Positions 1-9,090 of a stretch of DNA of 64,000 nucleotides are shown piece after piece (position 1 is the stretch's first letter; every line of letters starts with the position of its first letter). The notes beneath the pieces were generated by a model. That model was not told the DNA's origin. It did not search any database and was given only the letters and a program-made list of their open reading frames with translations. The position numbers were made by a program, and so were the translations under genes. This DNA is from Candidatus Omnitrophota bacterium (GTDB lineage: Bacteria; Omnitrophota; Gorgyraeia; JAGLLT01), in the NCBI GenBank assembly GCA_030632085.1, contig DAOVJY010000002.1:248319-312318 (forward strand), in the 5' to 3' direction.

Positions 1-59
1 CCCGGATTCCTCCGATTTCTTATTACTTTCCTATGATTTCCGTAACAAATTTATTTTAA

Positions 60-88
60 TTGACAAGGGATGAGTGAAGTGGTATATT
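60..88 (+). promoter_or_regulatory. sigma70-like promoter upstream of abiEi: TTGACA (60-65), 17-bp spacer, TGgTATATT (81-88)
   Basis: Near-consensus -35 and extended -10 with 17-bp spacing read directly from the sequence. Confidence 0.5.
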
Positions 89-140
89 GTATCCATTCAT
101 AGTAATTCCATTTGAACTGGAAATAAAAGGAAATAAAACA

Positions 141-932
141 ATGAACGCAAAGGGCTATTCTGAGCTTTCAAAAGACGCGGTGTATTTGCTGTCCCGATCA
201 GAATTTGAGAAGCAGAAGGTGATTACGACTAAATACGCGGTTAAAGTGTTGGGGAGCTACCGAAAAGCGGCCAGCATGCTTGGCGCGCTTGCTAAAAGAA
301 ACCGGCTTATCCAGCTAAGAAGAGGCCGGTATCTATTAGTGCCTTTAAGGGCCCCTAATCAGCTTTGGATGCCGAATGAGTACGTTGTCGCAGCCTTATG
401 GATGGATGAAGTCCCTTATTATATTGGGTATGTTTCGATGTATAACTACTGGGGATTTACGGAGCAAATTCCACAATCGGTTACTGTCTTAAACACAATG
501 AAAGAATGGAAACGAAACATCAAAAATATTAAGTATACAGCTGTTAAAATATCTCCTCGAAAAATGTACGGGATAAAAAAAATAAGAATTGATGAAGAAG
601 ACATCTGTATTAGTGACAAAGAACGCACACTTGTAGATTTTATATTTAAACCAATGGGGTCATGGGAGAATGTTCAGGCGGTTATTAACGGGCAAATCGG
701 TAAGATAGATATTCAAAAATTTATCCGCTATTTAATAAAATTCCCTGTAGCGGCAGTTCGTAAACGGGCGGGGCTTATGCTTGAGAGGGCCGGTGTGCCC
801 CAAAAAGACTTAGCTGAACTGAAAAAATCTATCGGCGCAAAAAACACATATATTAATTTTAATCCGTTTGTTAAGTCCCGAAAAGGGAAAGTGAATCAAT
901 GTTGGAAGGTTATCATCAATGGACAAGAATAA
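141..932 (+). CDS. abiEi: AbiEi-family antitoxin / transcriptional regulator (type IV TA). The ORF-track TTG at 87 lies inside the -10 box, so the ATG at 141 with an AAAGGA RBS is preferred.
   Basis: N-terminal wHTH ending in the RGRYLLVP motif typical of the AbiEi_4 domain. Overlaps the downstream AbiEii gene by 14 nt. Confidence 0.7.
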   Translation: MNAKGYSELSKDAVYLLSRSEFEKQKVITTKYAVKVLGSYRKAASMLGALAKRNRLIQLRRGRYLLVPLRAPNQLWMPNEYVVAALWMDEVPYYIGYVSMYNYWGFTEQIPQSVTVLNTMKEWKRNIKNIKYTAVKISPRKMYGIKKIRIDEEDICISDKERTLVDFIFKPMGSWENVQAVINGQIGKIDIQKFIRYLIKFPVAAVRKRAGLMLERAGVPQKDLAELKKSIGAKNTYINFNPFVKSRKGKVNQCWKVIINGQE

Positions 933-1782
933 ACTAAAGGATATTATCAATTTTATAGCTGATAAGCAGGGATTTCGCCCCGCGATTATAGAGAAGGATT
1001 ATCATTTGACCAGAATCCTTAACGCGGTTAATGAACATTTAAGCCGTGATATAATTTTTAAGGGCGGGACATTATTAAATAAAGCTTATTTGGATTATCA
1101 TCGATTAAGCGAAGATCTGGATTTTTCATATAGAAGCGATGCTGATGTTTCCGCGCGCGCCAAGAGATCATATGCCATAACATCAATCAGAAAGAAGATG
1201 CCTTCTTTTTTATCTTTTTTAGGGCTTACGAGTGAAAATCCCCAAGGGGAGGGATTTAATAATTCAACGCAGTATCTTTTCACTCTTCAATTTCAGTCAA
1301 TTATTATGAATCGTGAGGAGGGTATAAAGTTTGAAATATCATTGCGCCAGCCTTCTTTTTTGCCTCCTGTAACCGTACGGGTTAAACATTTTTATCAAGA
1401 CCCGTTCAGCGGAGAGGATTTGTTTCCACAGGGAAGTGTATTAGCGCTGTCGCTGGAAGAAGCCGTGGCGGAAAAACTGAAAGCCTCCATATCCCGCTTG
1501 ACACCCGCGATTAGAGATTATTACGATTTGGGGCATTTTATTAAAATAGGATTTGATTTCGCGCGGCCGGATTTACTAAAATTGGTTAATAAAAAATTGA
1601 AACTTGATGGATACAAAGGAGATTATTCTCATAATTTAGGCTTGTCCGACCAGGCAATTGAGGAACTAAAAAGAATCAGCGAAAGCGATCTTACGCCAAT
1701 GATCAGAGCTGATGAAAAGTTCGATTTAGATACGGTTTTAGTACATTTTAATAAGCTATTTGACAGGAATAAGGTGGAATAA
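919..1782 (+). CDS. abiEii: AbiEii/AbiGii-family nucleotidyltransferase toxin (DUF1814)
   Basis: IEKDYHLTRIL...FKGGTLLNKAY...RLSEDLDF matches the AbiEii NTase signature. Translationally coupled to abiEi. Confidence 0.85.
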   Translation: MDKNKLKDIINFIADKQGFRPAIIEKDYHLTRILNAVNEHLSRDIIFKGGTLLNKAYLDYHRLSEDLDFSYRSDADVSARAKRSYAITSIRKKMPSFLSFLGLTSENPQGEGFNNSTQYLFTLQFQSIIMNREEGIKFEISLRQPSFLPPVTVRVKHFYQDPFSGEDLFPQGSVLALSLEEAVAEKLKASISRLTPAIRDYYDLGHFIKIGFDFARPDLLKLVNKKLKLDGYKGDYSHNLGLSDQAIEELKRISESDLTPMIRADEKFDLDTVLVHFNKLFDRNKVE

Positions 1783-1879
1783 AATTTGTATTAATTGTGG
1801 GATGATTTTTTGGATGCGTAGCAATAGAGGGTTGAAGCAGTGACATTGCGCAAGTTCAAAAATTAAAATTATGGGGGAA

Positions 1880-1915
1880 GTGGGAAGAAAGAGAAATAGG
1901 TATCGTATGTCCCGA
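1880..1915 (+). repeat. REP/TIR-like repeat copy (GAAGAAAGAGAAATAgGTATcGTaTGTCCC); near-identical to the copy at 14882-14916
   Basis: Direct comparison with 14882-14916 and with the MITE right ends. Confidence 0.6.
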
Positions 1916-2066
1916 TTTTCCATATTTATGTTGTAGTTTATAATAAAATATTTGACAAATGATACTACTGGTAGTAACATATAAGAGATAACTAAAACAA
2001 AGTGGTGCGTTCGAAGGGGGAACCTCCACGATAAAATAAGTAAAACCTTCGGAAGCGGAGGTTTTT

Positions 2067-2975
2067 ATGCGTATAGAGCATGCAGAGGCGGCAATGAAAG
2101 ACGTTAAAATTAAACCATATTTTAAAGATAACGGATTTGAGCTCTATCTAGATGATTGCAGAGATTTCCTAAACAACCTACCAAAAGAATCAGTAGATAT
2201 GATATTTGCTGATCCACCTTATAATCTTTCAAACGGTGGATTTACATGCCACGCCGGTAAGATGGTATCTGTTAACAAGGGTAAGTGGGACCAGAGCAAA
2301 GGCCTTGATGAAGATTTAAAATTTCATGTTGAATGGATAGAGGCGTGCAGAAGAGTGCTTAAGCCTGGTGGCACTATTTGGATTAGCGGGACATATCATT
2401 CAATTTACCGTTGTGGCTATGCTCTTGAACTTACGGGTTATCATATTCTTAATGATATCTCATGGTTTAAACCTAATGCATCCCCAAATCTAAGCTGTCG
2501 TTTTTTCACAGCGAGCCATGAAACTCTTATATGGGCAAGGAAAGAGAAGAAAGCTAAGCATACCTTTAACTATAAGCAGATGGTAGACTGGGAAAAAAAT
2601 TACAAAAAAACCTTTAAGTGTGATAAAACAAATACATACCATGAGTGTGAAATCTTGCATGAAAAAGGTAAGCAGATGCGCTCAGTATGGGCTATTAATA
2701 CTCCAAGGCCAGTTGAGAAGCACTTCGGAAAACACCCTACCCAAAAACCTGAAGAACTCTTGAGAAGAATAGTTGTGGCAAGTACAAATAAGGGGGATTT
2801 AATTATAGACCCATTCACAGGAAGCTCTACAACAGGCCTTATAGCAAATCTTTATGGCAGAAAGTTTATAGGCATAGATAATGAAAAAGCCTATCTTGAT
2901 TTATCAGCTAAAAGATATAATGAGTTAAAAATGAACACGAAGAAAAAACAAGCAAGACAAATGGTGCACGCATGA
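2067..2975 (+). CDS. Type II DNA methyltransferase, beta class (N6-adenine or N4-cytosine)
   Basis: DMIFADPPYNL (motif IV, DPPY) precedes FTGSSTTGLIA (motif I, FxGxG). This motif order is typical of beta-class amino-MTases. Confidence 0.85.
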   Translation: MRIEHAEAAMKDVKIKPYFKDNGFELYLDDCRDFLNNLPKESVDMIFADPPYNLSNGGFTCHAGKMVSVNKGKWDQSKGLDEDLKFHVEWIEACRRVLKPGGTIWISGTYHSIYRCGYALELTGYHILNDISWFKPNASPNLSCRFFTASHETLIWARKEKKAKHTFNYKQMVDWEKNYKKTFKCDKTNTYHECEILHEKGKQMRSVWAINTPRPVEKHFGKHPTQKPEELLRRIVVASTNKGDLIIDPFTGSSTTGLIANLYGRKFIGIDNEKAYLDLSAKRYNELKMNTKKKQARQMVHA

Positions 2976-3496
2976 AAGAAGGAGGGGTGGGAGGCAGCAA
3001 AACAAAAACTGGTCTCCACTTTGAATCTCGAGTAAGCCTTGAAAAAGTAATCTCCGCACTTCCGGGCTATACCATATCAGATGATAGGGTATTTTTTCAA
3101 GGTGTAAAAGTTGCTGAACTTTATCAAAAGCACAAATTATACAAAAATCTTCTTAAACCCAATCACATAGATTACTCAGTAATTATTTCTAAAAAACTAC
3201 TCCCAGATGAAGCTATATTAATATTAAAAGATAAGACATTATACATAATAGAAATTAAATTTCAAAAGGTTTCAGGGTCTGTTGATGAGAAGCTTCAGAC
3301 CTGCGACTTTAAGTGCAGGGAATATAAAAAACTTCTTGCTCCATTAGGCATATCCGTTGAATATGTATATATATTAAATGATTGGTTTAATAAAAAAGAG
3401 TACAAAAATGTTCTTAATTATGTTAAATCAGTTGGATGTCATTATTTTTTTAATGAAGTGCCGCTAGAATTTCTAAACTTGCCAAAACCTGAATAG
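2972..3496 (+). CDS. Putative cognate Type II restriction endonuclease (small PD-(D/E)xK-like protein)
   Basis: Start overlaps the MTase stop (ATGA coupling). 174 aa with a D...IIEIKFQK segment compatible with a (D/E)xK catalytic motif. No recognisable family, so the specificity is unknown. Confidence 0.4.
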   Translation: MKEGGVGGSKTKTGLHFESRVSLEKVISALPGYTISDDRVFFQGVKVAELYQKHKLYKNLLKPNHIDYSVIISKKLLPDEAILILKDKTLYIIEIKFQKVSGSVDEKLQTCDFKCREYKKLLAPLGISVEYVYILNDWFNKKEYKNVLNYVKSVGCHYFFNEVPLEFLNLPKPE

Positions 3497-3675
3497 TTTA
3501 AAGGGGAACCTTGTATGGTATTGCACCCTTCATTCACCCTTGAAGTAAAACTGATTAAATTAAGTAAAAATCACGAGAAAAATCATAATAGCCTTAGAAG
3601 AATTGTGATTGATTCTTTTGTGAAAGAAAAGCTGGGCATGGCAATGGCGAAAATAGGTGATGATTTTATTTAAAA

Positions 3676-3699
3676 GTAATTAAGTATTGTGTCCCCGGA
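3676..3699 (+). repeat. REP/TIR-like repeat (AATTAAGTATTGTGTCCCCGGAA), copy 1 of a direct pair about 105 bp apart
   Basis: Matches the MITE right terminus TTAAGTGTTCTGTCCCCGGAA with two substitutions. Confidence 0.65.
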
Positions 3700-3756
3700 A
3701 CTATACAGCTTTTCTCGGAGGGATTGTATTCCAGTCCCAATAAAGCAGGAATTAAG

Positions 3757-3800
3757 GGGACGGTTCTATTTTAAAATAATTAAGTATTGTGTCCCCGGAA
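3757..3800 (+). repeat. Composite repeat: GGGGACGGTTCTATTTT block followed by REP/TIR-like AATTAAGTATTGTGTCCCCGGAA (copy 2)
   Basis: The GGGGACGGTTCTATTTT block recurs at 8609 and, degenerate, at 15571. The REP part matches 3676-3699. Confidence 0.65.
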
Positions 3801-3981
3801 TTACGTAAAAAGAAATAAATGTGGAATGTGGAGACTTGACCCCCATTGTGCTCTATTTTACTGATTTGTGATTCATGATAAGAAATATGGAAAATTTTCT
3901 TTCTTTCCATCTTATAAGAAACACTTGACAAATTGCATCATTTAATGTATAAGAGAAAGAAGAAAGTGAGGTGTTCAAATA

Positions 3982-4872
3982 ATGGAAGATAAAGACCAGA
4001 TAAAAGGATTTTTTGTCGAAGATGAACAATCATTCAAAAAAGAACAAGTCTTATCTTTAATTAACAGATGTAAAAAATATGCCAAACTTGTAGGTAGAAA
4101 AGGGCTTGTTCATATTGAAAAGAAAAATTTAACAGGCACAGACCAAATAAAGCTTTTTTTAATAACACGGCATTTGGGTGCAGACTTGGCAAAGTTAGAG
4201 CCTAATTTAAAGATTCCTTCTGAGATTGCAGATGTGCATACTTCTGAAATGGCAAAATTGTTATCTGTCTCTAATGAAAATGCTAGGACTAGAGCATCTG
4301 ATTTAATTCGTGATGGATTTGGACGTAAACCAAAAAAAGGATACATACGAGTATATTCATATCAAATTAGTAAATTTTTAGATTTACTTGAAAAAGGTGA
4401 ACAAAAAAAGGAAAGAGCCGCCAATAAAAAAACTTCCATTAAAAAAAGAGGGGTAAGAAAAATAATTGAAAATCCGAAGCTCAATGTTGACCAAGCGTTT
4501 AAGCGATTGTCTATAAATTTAGATGGTATTTTAGAAAAAAAACTTAAAGATTGTATTTTTTTCCAAGAAGATGCAAGCTTTAAATTTAATAAGAATTTTA
4601 CGGGGAAATCAAAACATAGTAAACAGACTAGAGGAATTCTATGCGCAGCCTATGTAATGTCTATTGGTTTAGGTTTACAGAGTTTTTCTAGCCGACAGAT
4701 AAAGGATGTTTGTTTTAATAGTAACATTGATGTAATGGGCTTGAATTATGCAACACGAGAATTAAAGAAGAGTGGATATATTTCTAAAGCGAGTAAATAC
4801 TCGCAAGATAATATAATCCTAGAAAAAGGTAAAGATAAGGCAAAAGAGATATTTAATGAGTTATGTGAATGA
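3982..4872 (+). CDS. Hypothetical protein: probable central winged-HTH (SEIADVHTSEMAKLLSVSNENARTRASDLIRDGF), lysine-rich linker, unknown C-terminal domain
   Basis: Long ORF with an AAAGTGAGG RBS. First gene of a three-gene operon bounded by REP copies upstream and a MITE downstream. Confidence 0.55.
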   Translation: MEDKDQIKGFFVEDEQSFKKEQVLSLINRCKKYAKLVGRKGLVHIEKKNLTGTDQIKLFLITRHLGADLAKLEPNLKIPSEIADVHTSEMAKLLSVSNENARTRASDLIRDGFGRKPKKGYIRVYSYQISKFLDLLEKGEQKKERAANKKTSIKKRGVRKIIENPKLNVDQAFKRLSINLDGILEKKLKDCIFFQEDASFKFNKNFTGKSKHSKQTRGILCAAYVMSIGLGLQSFSSRQIKDVCFNSNIDVMGLNYATRELKKSGYISKASKYSQDNIILEKGKDKAKEIFNELCE

Positions 4873-4954
4873 TTAAAATGAAATTATTGTAATTAAATTT
4901 ATCTAAGAGATTGATGGCATATATTTATTAAGACGATGTCCAAAAGGAGGAAAT

Positions 4955-5524
4955 GTGAAAAATATTACTGAAATCGATGTGATGAAAATTATTGATGACC
5001 ATTTTTCAAAAATACAAGATCGAGAGGCAAAGAATAGGATTCTTCGTTGGGCATGGGAGAAATTCTCAACTCAAGAGCTGCCCTTAGAAAGTGAAGAAAA
5101 AACCAAACAGAAAGATTCTAAAAAGAAAAAAGCACCTAAGAAAAATAATAAACAAAAGAAAAAAGTTAAATCTGGTCCTTGTTTAGTTAAAGATTTAAAC
5201 TTGAGGCCTTCAGGGGAAACAACTTTTAAGCAATTTGTACAAGACAAAAACCCTTCATCAAACCAAGAGAAATGCTTAGTAGCTGCTTATTATTTAAAGC
5301 AAAAACTAAAGAAAAAGACAGATGTCGATTCGATTTATACATGTTTTAAGGATGCGAAATGGCGAGTTCCATCTAATTTGGAAAATACACTTTGTGTTGT
5401 TGCCGTCCAAAAAGGTTGGCTTGATACAACTGACTCTAACGCCATAACAATACCAACCTTAGGTGAAAATTATATAGAACATGATTTGCCCAGAAAAGTA
5501 AAAGGAAAAAATAATCATGGTTAA
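4955..5524 (+). CDS. Hypothetical protein with a long poly-lysine linker (KKKKAPKKNNKQKKKVK) between two small domains
   Basis: ORF with a GGAGG RBS. Overlaps the next gene by 8 nt. Confidence 0.5.
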   Translation: MKNITEIDVMKIIDDHFSKIQDREAKNRILRWAWEKFSTQELPLESEEKTKQKDSKKKKAPKKNNKQKKKVKSGPCLVKDLNLRPSGETTFKQFVQDKNPSSNQEKCLVAAYYLKQKLKKKTDVDSIYTCFKDAKWRVPSNLENTLCVVAVQKGWLDTTDSNAITIPTLGENYIEHDLPRKVKGKNNHG

Positions 5525-6296
5525 AAATGCTTTCAATTTAACAAATTTACTTGGCAGTATTCCAGTTACATTAAAAAATGAATTGGTAAAAACTTTTAAT
5601 GAAATTGCACGAAATTATCGAGAACAACGCTGGGAACCATCGGAGTTAAATGGAGGTAAATATTGTGAGGTTGTTTACACCATTTTAAAAGGGTATACTG
5701 AGGGAAAATTTCCTTCAAAAGCAAGCAAACCGAAGAATATGGTAGATGCTTGCAATAAATTTGAGCAAATTCCTTCATCATCATTTCCGAGGTCAGTAAG
5801 GATTCAAATTCCTAGAATAATCATTGCTCTTTATGAAATACGTAACAATAGAGGCGTGGGGCACGTTGGTGGCGATGTTGACCCAAATCATATGGATGCT
5901 ACAATTGTGCTTTATATGGTTAAATGGATTATGGCTGAGTTGATCCGTTTATTTCATAATGTTAACACTGATATTGCAACTGAAGCAGTAGAACGAATTA
6001 CAGATAGGACTTTGCCTATTTTATGGAAAGTTGGCGGAAAAATTCGTGTGCTTGATACTTCTATTAACATGACAGAAAAGACACTAGTTGTTTTATATTA
6101 TAATCGAGATTCAGTCGCCGAAAATTTATTGGTTGATTGGGTAGAATACACAAATCTTTCTGTATACTGTAGAGACATTTTGCGGAAAGCCCATAAAAAT
6201 AAATTAATTGAATATGATAAAGCAAATAAACAAGTCACAATATCTCCCAAAGGCATAAAATACGTAGAAGATAATATAAATTTGGAAAAATTTTGA
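5517..6296 (+). CDS. Hypothetical protein with a possible HEPN-like R-x6-H motif (IRNNRGVGHVGG)
   Basis: The Rx4-6H spacing matches the HEPN RNase catalytic motif. Located in a defence island. No further homology recognised. Confidence 0.4.
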   Translation: MVKNAFNLTNLLGSIPVTLKNELVKTFNEIARNYREQRWEPSELNGGKYCEVVYTILKGYTEGKFPSKASKPKNMVDACNKFEQIPSSSFPRSVRIQIPRIIIALYEIRNNRGVGHVGGDVDPNHMDATIVLYMVKWIMAELIRLFHNVNTDIATEAVERITDRTLPILWKVGGKIRVLDTSINMTEKTLVVLYYNRDSVAENLLVDWVEYTNLSVYCRDILRKAHKNKLIEYDKANKQVTISPKGIKYVEDNINLEKF

Positions 6297-6391
6297 CCTT
6301 CATGGCCGATTTAAAATGTTATACATGATTATAGAAAAGGATTTGTTTCCTTTTATATTCTTAAAAAAAGTTCTAAATATACTTCCGGCAT

Positions 6392-6720
6392 ACTTCCGGG
6401 GACAGAACACTTAATTGTTGAAAAGGCGTCATTGTTCTGATAGAATCTATGTATGGCAAGGATAGCGAGAATAGTTATTCCCAATCACCCTCATCATATA
6501 ATCCATCGCGGTAATCGCCGGGAAAAAGTTTTCTTTAGTGAAGACGACAAACAGGCTTACCTTTGTTTATTAACTAATCAGGCCAAGAAATCGGGAATAG
6601 AATTTTCTTTAGGGGATGAGAGATTTATTAAGAAGATTGAAGGAATTACCGGAAAGATATTGCAAAAAAATAGGCCGGGACATATGCAGAAAGATAGTTA
6701 AGTGTTCTGTCCCCCGAAGT
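6392..6720 (+). mobile_element. MITE-like element (about 320 bp) with about 23-bp terminal inverted repeats (ACTTCSGGGGACAGAACACTTAA) enclosing a 5'-truncated RAYT/IS200-like transposase remnant
   Basis: Left IR at 6392-6414 and right IR at 6698-6720 are reverse complements. The interior is 90% identical to the element at 10873-11198. Confidence 0.75.
6453..6701 (+). pseudogene. N-terminal fragment (82 aa) of a REP-associated tyrosine transposase (RAYT, IS200/IS605 Y1 family)
   Basis: MARIARIVIPNHPHHIIHRGNRREKVFF..DDK..YL.LL matches the RAYT N-terminus. It terminates long before the HuH/Y catalytic motifs. Confidence 0.7.
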
Positions 6721-6765
6721 CTATTGACTCACTGGAAGATAATTTGATAGTGGAGGATTCGGAAA

Positions 6766-7410
6766 ATGAGTGAGACTATACCTAAAGATCCCAAGATTTA
6801 TCATATTGTACATCTTGATAGATTGGAGTCGATTATTTCTAAACAGTATTTGTTAAGTGATACAGATGGTCAGCAATACGATTTGGACGGTACTACTATA
6901 GGAATGTCGAAAATAAAAGAACGAAGAATGTATAATAATTTTATGAATTATCCAGATCTTTGCGTAGGTGCATGTGTTCCTTTTTATTTTTGTCCACGAT
7001 CGATTATGTTATACATATTTTACGAGAATAATCATCCGGAGATTACGTATCGAGGAGGGCAGGAACCTATTGTTCATTTGGTAGCGGATTTACGTAAAAC
7101 AGTTACGTGGGCGGAATCTTTGGGCAAGCGCTGGGTATTTACTGATTCGAATGCAGGGTCATCCTATTTTAACGATTTTGCAAAATTAAACCAACTTAAT
7201 CAAATTGACTGGAACGCGTTAAGAGCAACATCTTGGTCAGCGGTTAAAGAAAAGAAGCAAGCCGAGTTTTTGATCGAAGAATGCTTTCCTTGGGAATTGA
7301 TAGAATGTATCGGTGTATATTCAATAGTGCAGTACCAACAGGTTGCTCAAGCACTCCAATCAGCAACACATCGACCACCCGTGAAGGTGATGCGTACCTG
7401 GTATTATTAG
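6766..7410 (+). CDS. darT: DarT, DNA ADP-ribosyltransferase toxin (DUF4433)
   Basis: IYHIVHLDRLESII...VPFYFCPRSIMLY...GGQEPIVHLV...FTDSN...EFLIEECFPWELIECIGVYS closely matches the DarT family. Confidence 0.85.
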   Translation: MSETIPKDPKIYHIVHLDRLESIISKQYLLSDTDGQQYDLDGTTIGMSKIKERRMYNNFMNYPDLCVGACVPFYFCPRSIMLYIFYENNHPEITYRGGQEPIVHLVADLRKTVTWAESLGKRWVFTDSNAGSSYFNDFAKLNQLNQIDWNALRATSWSAVKEKKQAEFLIEECFPWELIECIGVYSIVQYQQVAQALQSATHRPPVKVMRTWYY

Positions 7411-7425
7411 AAGGAGGAATGAAAT

Positions 7426-8484
7426 ATGATTATATTTAAAACAGGTAATCTTTTGACCGAAGACGTAGAAGCAATTGTTAATACAGTTAATTGTGTTGGT
7501 ATTATGGGACGAGGAATTGCGCTTCAGTTCAAAAAAAGGTTCCCGGAAAATTTTAAAGTATACGCAGCAGCCTGTAAAAAAAAGGCGATTCTTCCCGGTA
7601 AAATGTTTGTTTATAAGACTGACTCACTTATAAATCCAAAGTATATAATCAGTTTCCCTACAAAGCGGCATTGGCGTGGAGCCAGCAGAATGGAAGATAT
7701 TGAGAATGGTTTGCAGGATTTGGTTAAAGTCATTAAAGATTTGAAGATTCAATCCATCGCCCTACCTCCGCTAGGGTGTGGGCTTGGGGGCCTTGATTGG
7801 AATACGGTACGCGTACGGATTGAATTTGTCCTGAATGAGTTGCGCGATGTCGATGTTGTTGTTTTTGAGCCAAAAGGGGCTCCGACTCCTGAAGAGATGG
7901 TAAAAAACAGGAAAGTACCTAAAATGACTCCTGGGCGCGCAGCATTGGTAGAACTGATGCATCGTTATTTTTTAGGGCTTCTTGATCCCTTTATAACGCT
8001 CCTGGAAGTACACAAATTGATGTATTTCCTTCAAGAAAGCGGAGAGAGCCTTCGTTTACAGTACGCAAAAGCACCATATGGTCCATATGCGAAAAATCTT
8101 CGCCATGTGCTCAATGCTATAGAAGGCCATCTCATTTTTGGTTACGCCGACGGAGAAGATAAGCCGGATAAGCAACTCAAGCTGGTGCCTGGTGCTTATG
8201 AAGATGCGACACGGTTTCTTAATGAGCACAAAGGAACTAAGGAACATTATGACAAAGTATCTGATCTTGTAGACGGATTTGAGACTCCTTTTGGTATGGA
8301 ATTATTATCAACAGTGCATTGGGTAATAACAAAAGAATCAGCACATTCTTTTAGTGAACTTATTACGAAGGTATATGATTGGAATAAGCGCAAGAAGCAG
8401 TTTTCTCAGCGACAGATTCAATTAGCCGTCAAGGTGTTAGAGCAAAAAAAATGGATTAATATTACGAATTGGAGTGAAGTTTAA
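7426..8484 (+). CDS. darG: DarG antitoxin: N-terminal macrodomain (ADP-ribosylglycohydrolase) plus C-terminal DarT-neutralising domain
   Basis: AIVNTVNCVGIMGRGIALQFKKRFPE is a macrodomain signature. Sits immediately downstream of darT. Confidence 0.85.
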   Translation: MIIFKTGNLLTEDVEAIVNTVNCVGIMGRGIALQFKKRFPENFKVYAAACKKKAILPGKMFVYKTDSLINPKYIISFPTKRHWRGASRMEDIENGLQDLVKVIKDLKIQSIALPPLGCGLGGLDWNTVRVRIEFVLNELRDVDVVVFEPKGAPTPEEMVKNRKVPKMTPGRAALVELMHRYFLGLLDPFITLLEVHKLMYFLQESGESLRLQYAKAPYGPYAKNLRHVLNAIEGHLIFGYADGEDKPDKQLKLVPGAYEDATRFLNEHKGTKEHYDKVSDLVDGFETPFGMELLSTVHWVITKESAHSFSELITKVYDWNKRKKQFSQRQIQLAVKVLEQKKWINITNWSEV

Positions 8485-8580
8485 TGAATTTTAGTGATAT
8501 AACTGAAAAAGGGCTTGAGACAATTATCGTCGAGTCCCTGATAAACGATGCCGTTTATGTTCAGGGCAATAGTGTTTAAT
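8485..8580 (+). pseudogene. 31-codon ORF (MNFSDITEKGLETIIVESLINDAVYVQGNSV*) resembling the N-terminus of restriction-enzyme/helicase subunits; likely a gene remnant
   Basis: Starts on the darG stop. The E..ii..L.....GY pattern is typical of restriction R-subunit/helicase N-termini. Truncated at a REP-like CTTCCGGGTG tandem. Confidence 0.3.
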
Positions 8581-8608
8581 ACTTCCGGGTGCTTCCGGGT
8601 GAGGAAAA

Positions 8609-8645
8609 GGGGACGGTTCTATTTTTTAAAAAAATTGGCAGGAAA
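8609..8645 (+). repeat. Intergenic repeat GGGGACGGTTCTATTTTTTAAAAAAATTGGCAGGAA
   Basis: Recurs at 15571-15636 (with a short insertion) and partially at 3757-3773. Confidence 0.6.
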
Positions 8646-8682
8646 TGCCTTTTGTCCGATAGAAAAAAAGGAGAGTGGCATT

Positions 8683-9048
8683 ATGGTTATATTGGTTAAA
8701 TCGTTTGGTATTCTCATGGTAGCCCTTGGAGCTATTTTCCTGGCCAGGCCGGCTGGGATGAAAAACTACATAGCTTTCTGGGTGAAAGGAAAGAGGATTT
8801 ACACAGGCGCTGCTTTAAGTCTTATAATAGGTATTATCTTTTTGCTTGCCGCTTCAGGATGCAAGGTCGGTTGGTTTGTAGCGGTATTTGGCGTTCTGGC
8901 GTTTATCAAAGGCATTGCGCTGTTTGTCCTTGGACAGAAAAAGATAATGTCCATGATGAAGTGGTGGCAGGGAAGGTCGCTTTCATTTCTACGCTTCCAT
9001 GCCCTTTTAGCCTTAGCCGCCGGCGCCCTGCTTATCTACGCTGCATAA
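8683..9048 (+). CDS. Small integral membrane protein (about 4 TM helices)
   Basis: Hydrophobic segments. AAAGGAGAG RBS 7 nt upstream of the ATG at 8683, so the ORF-track start at 8548 is unlikely. Confidence 0.5.
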   Translation: MVILVKSFGILMVALGAIFLARPAGMKNYIAFWVKGKRIYTGAALSLIIGIIFLLAASGCKVGWFVAVFGVLAFIKGIALFVLGQKKIMSMMKWWQGRSLSFLRFHALLALAAGALLIYAA

Positions 9049-9071
9049 ATATGCAATTCAGGACAAATTCA

Positions 9072-9090
9072 GGGGACACAATATTTAATT
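9072..9090 (-). repeat. REP/TIR-like repeat in inverted orientation (GGGGACACAATATTTAATT)
   Basis: Reverse complement matches AATTAAATATTGTGTCCCC. Confidence 0.55.

Noticed and set aside
87-140. TTG start at 87 for abiEi (MYPFIVIPFELEIKGNKT...)
   Set aside because: The TTG lies inside the predicted -10 hexamer of the promoter. The ATG at 141 with an RBS matches the AbiEi wHTH N-terminus.
8548-8682. Upstream extension of the membrane-protein ORF (MPFMFRAIVFNTSGCFRVRKRGRFYFLKKLAGNAFCP...)
   Set aside because: The extension is translated from intergenic REP-like repeats. A strong RBS precedes the internal ATG at 8683, which starts the hydrophobic protein proper.
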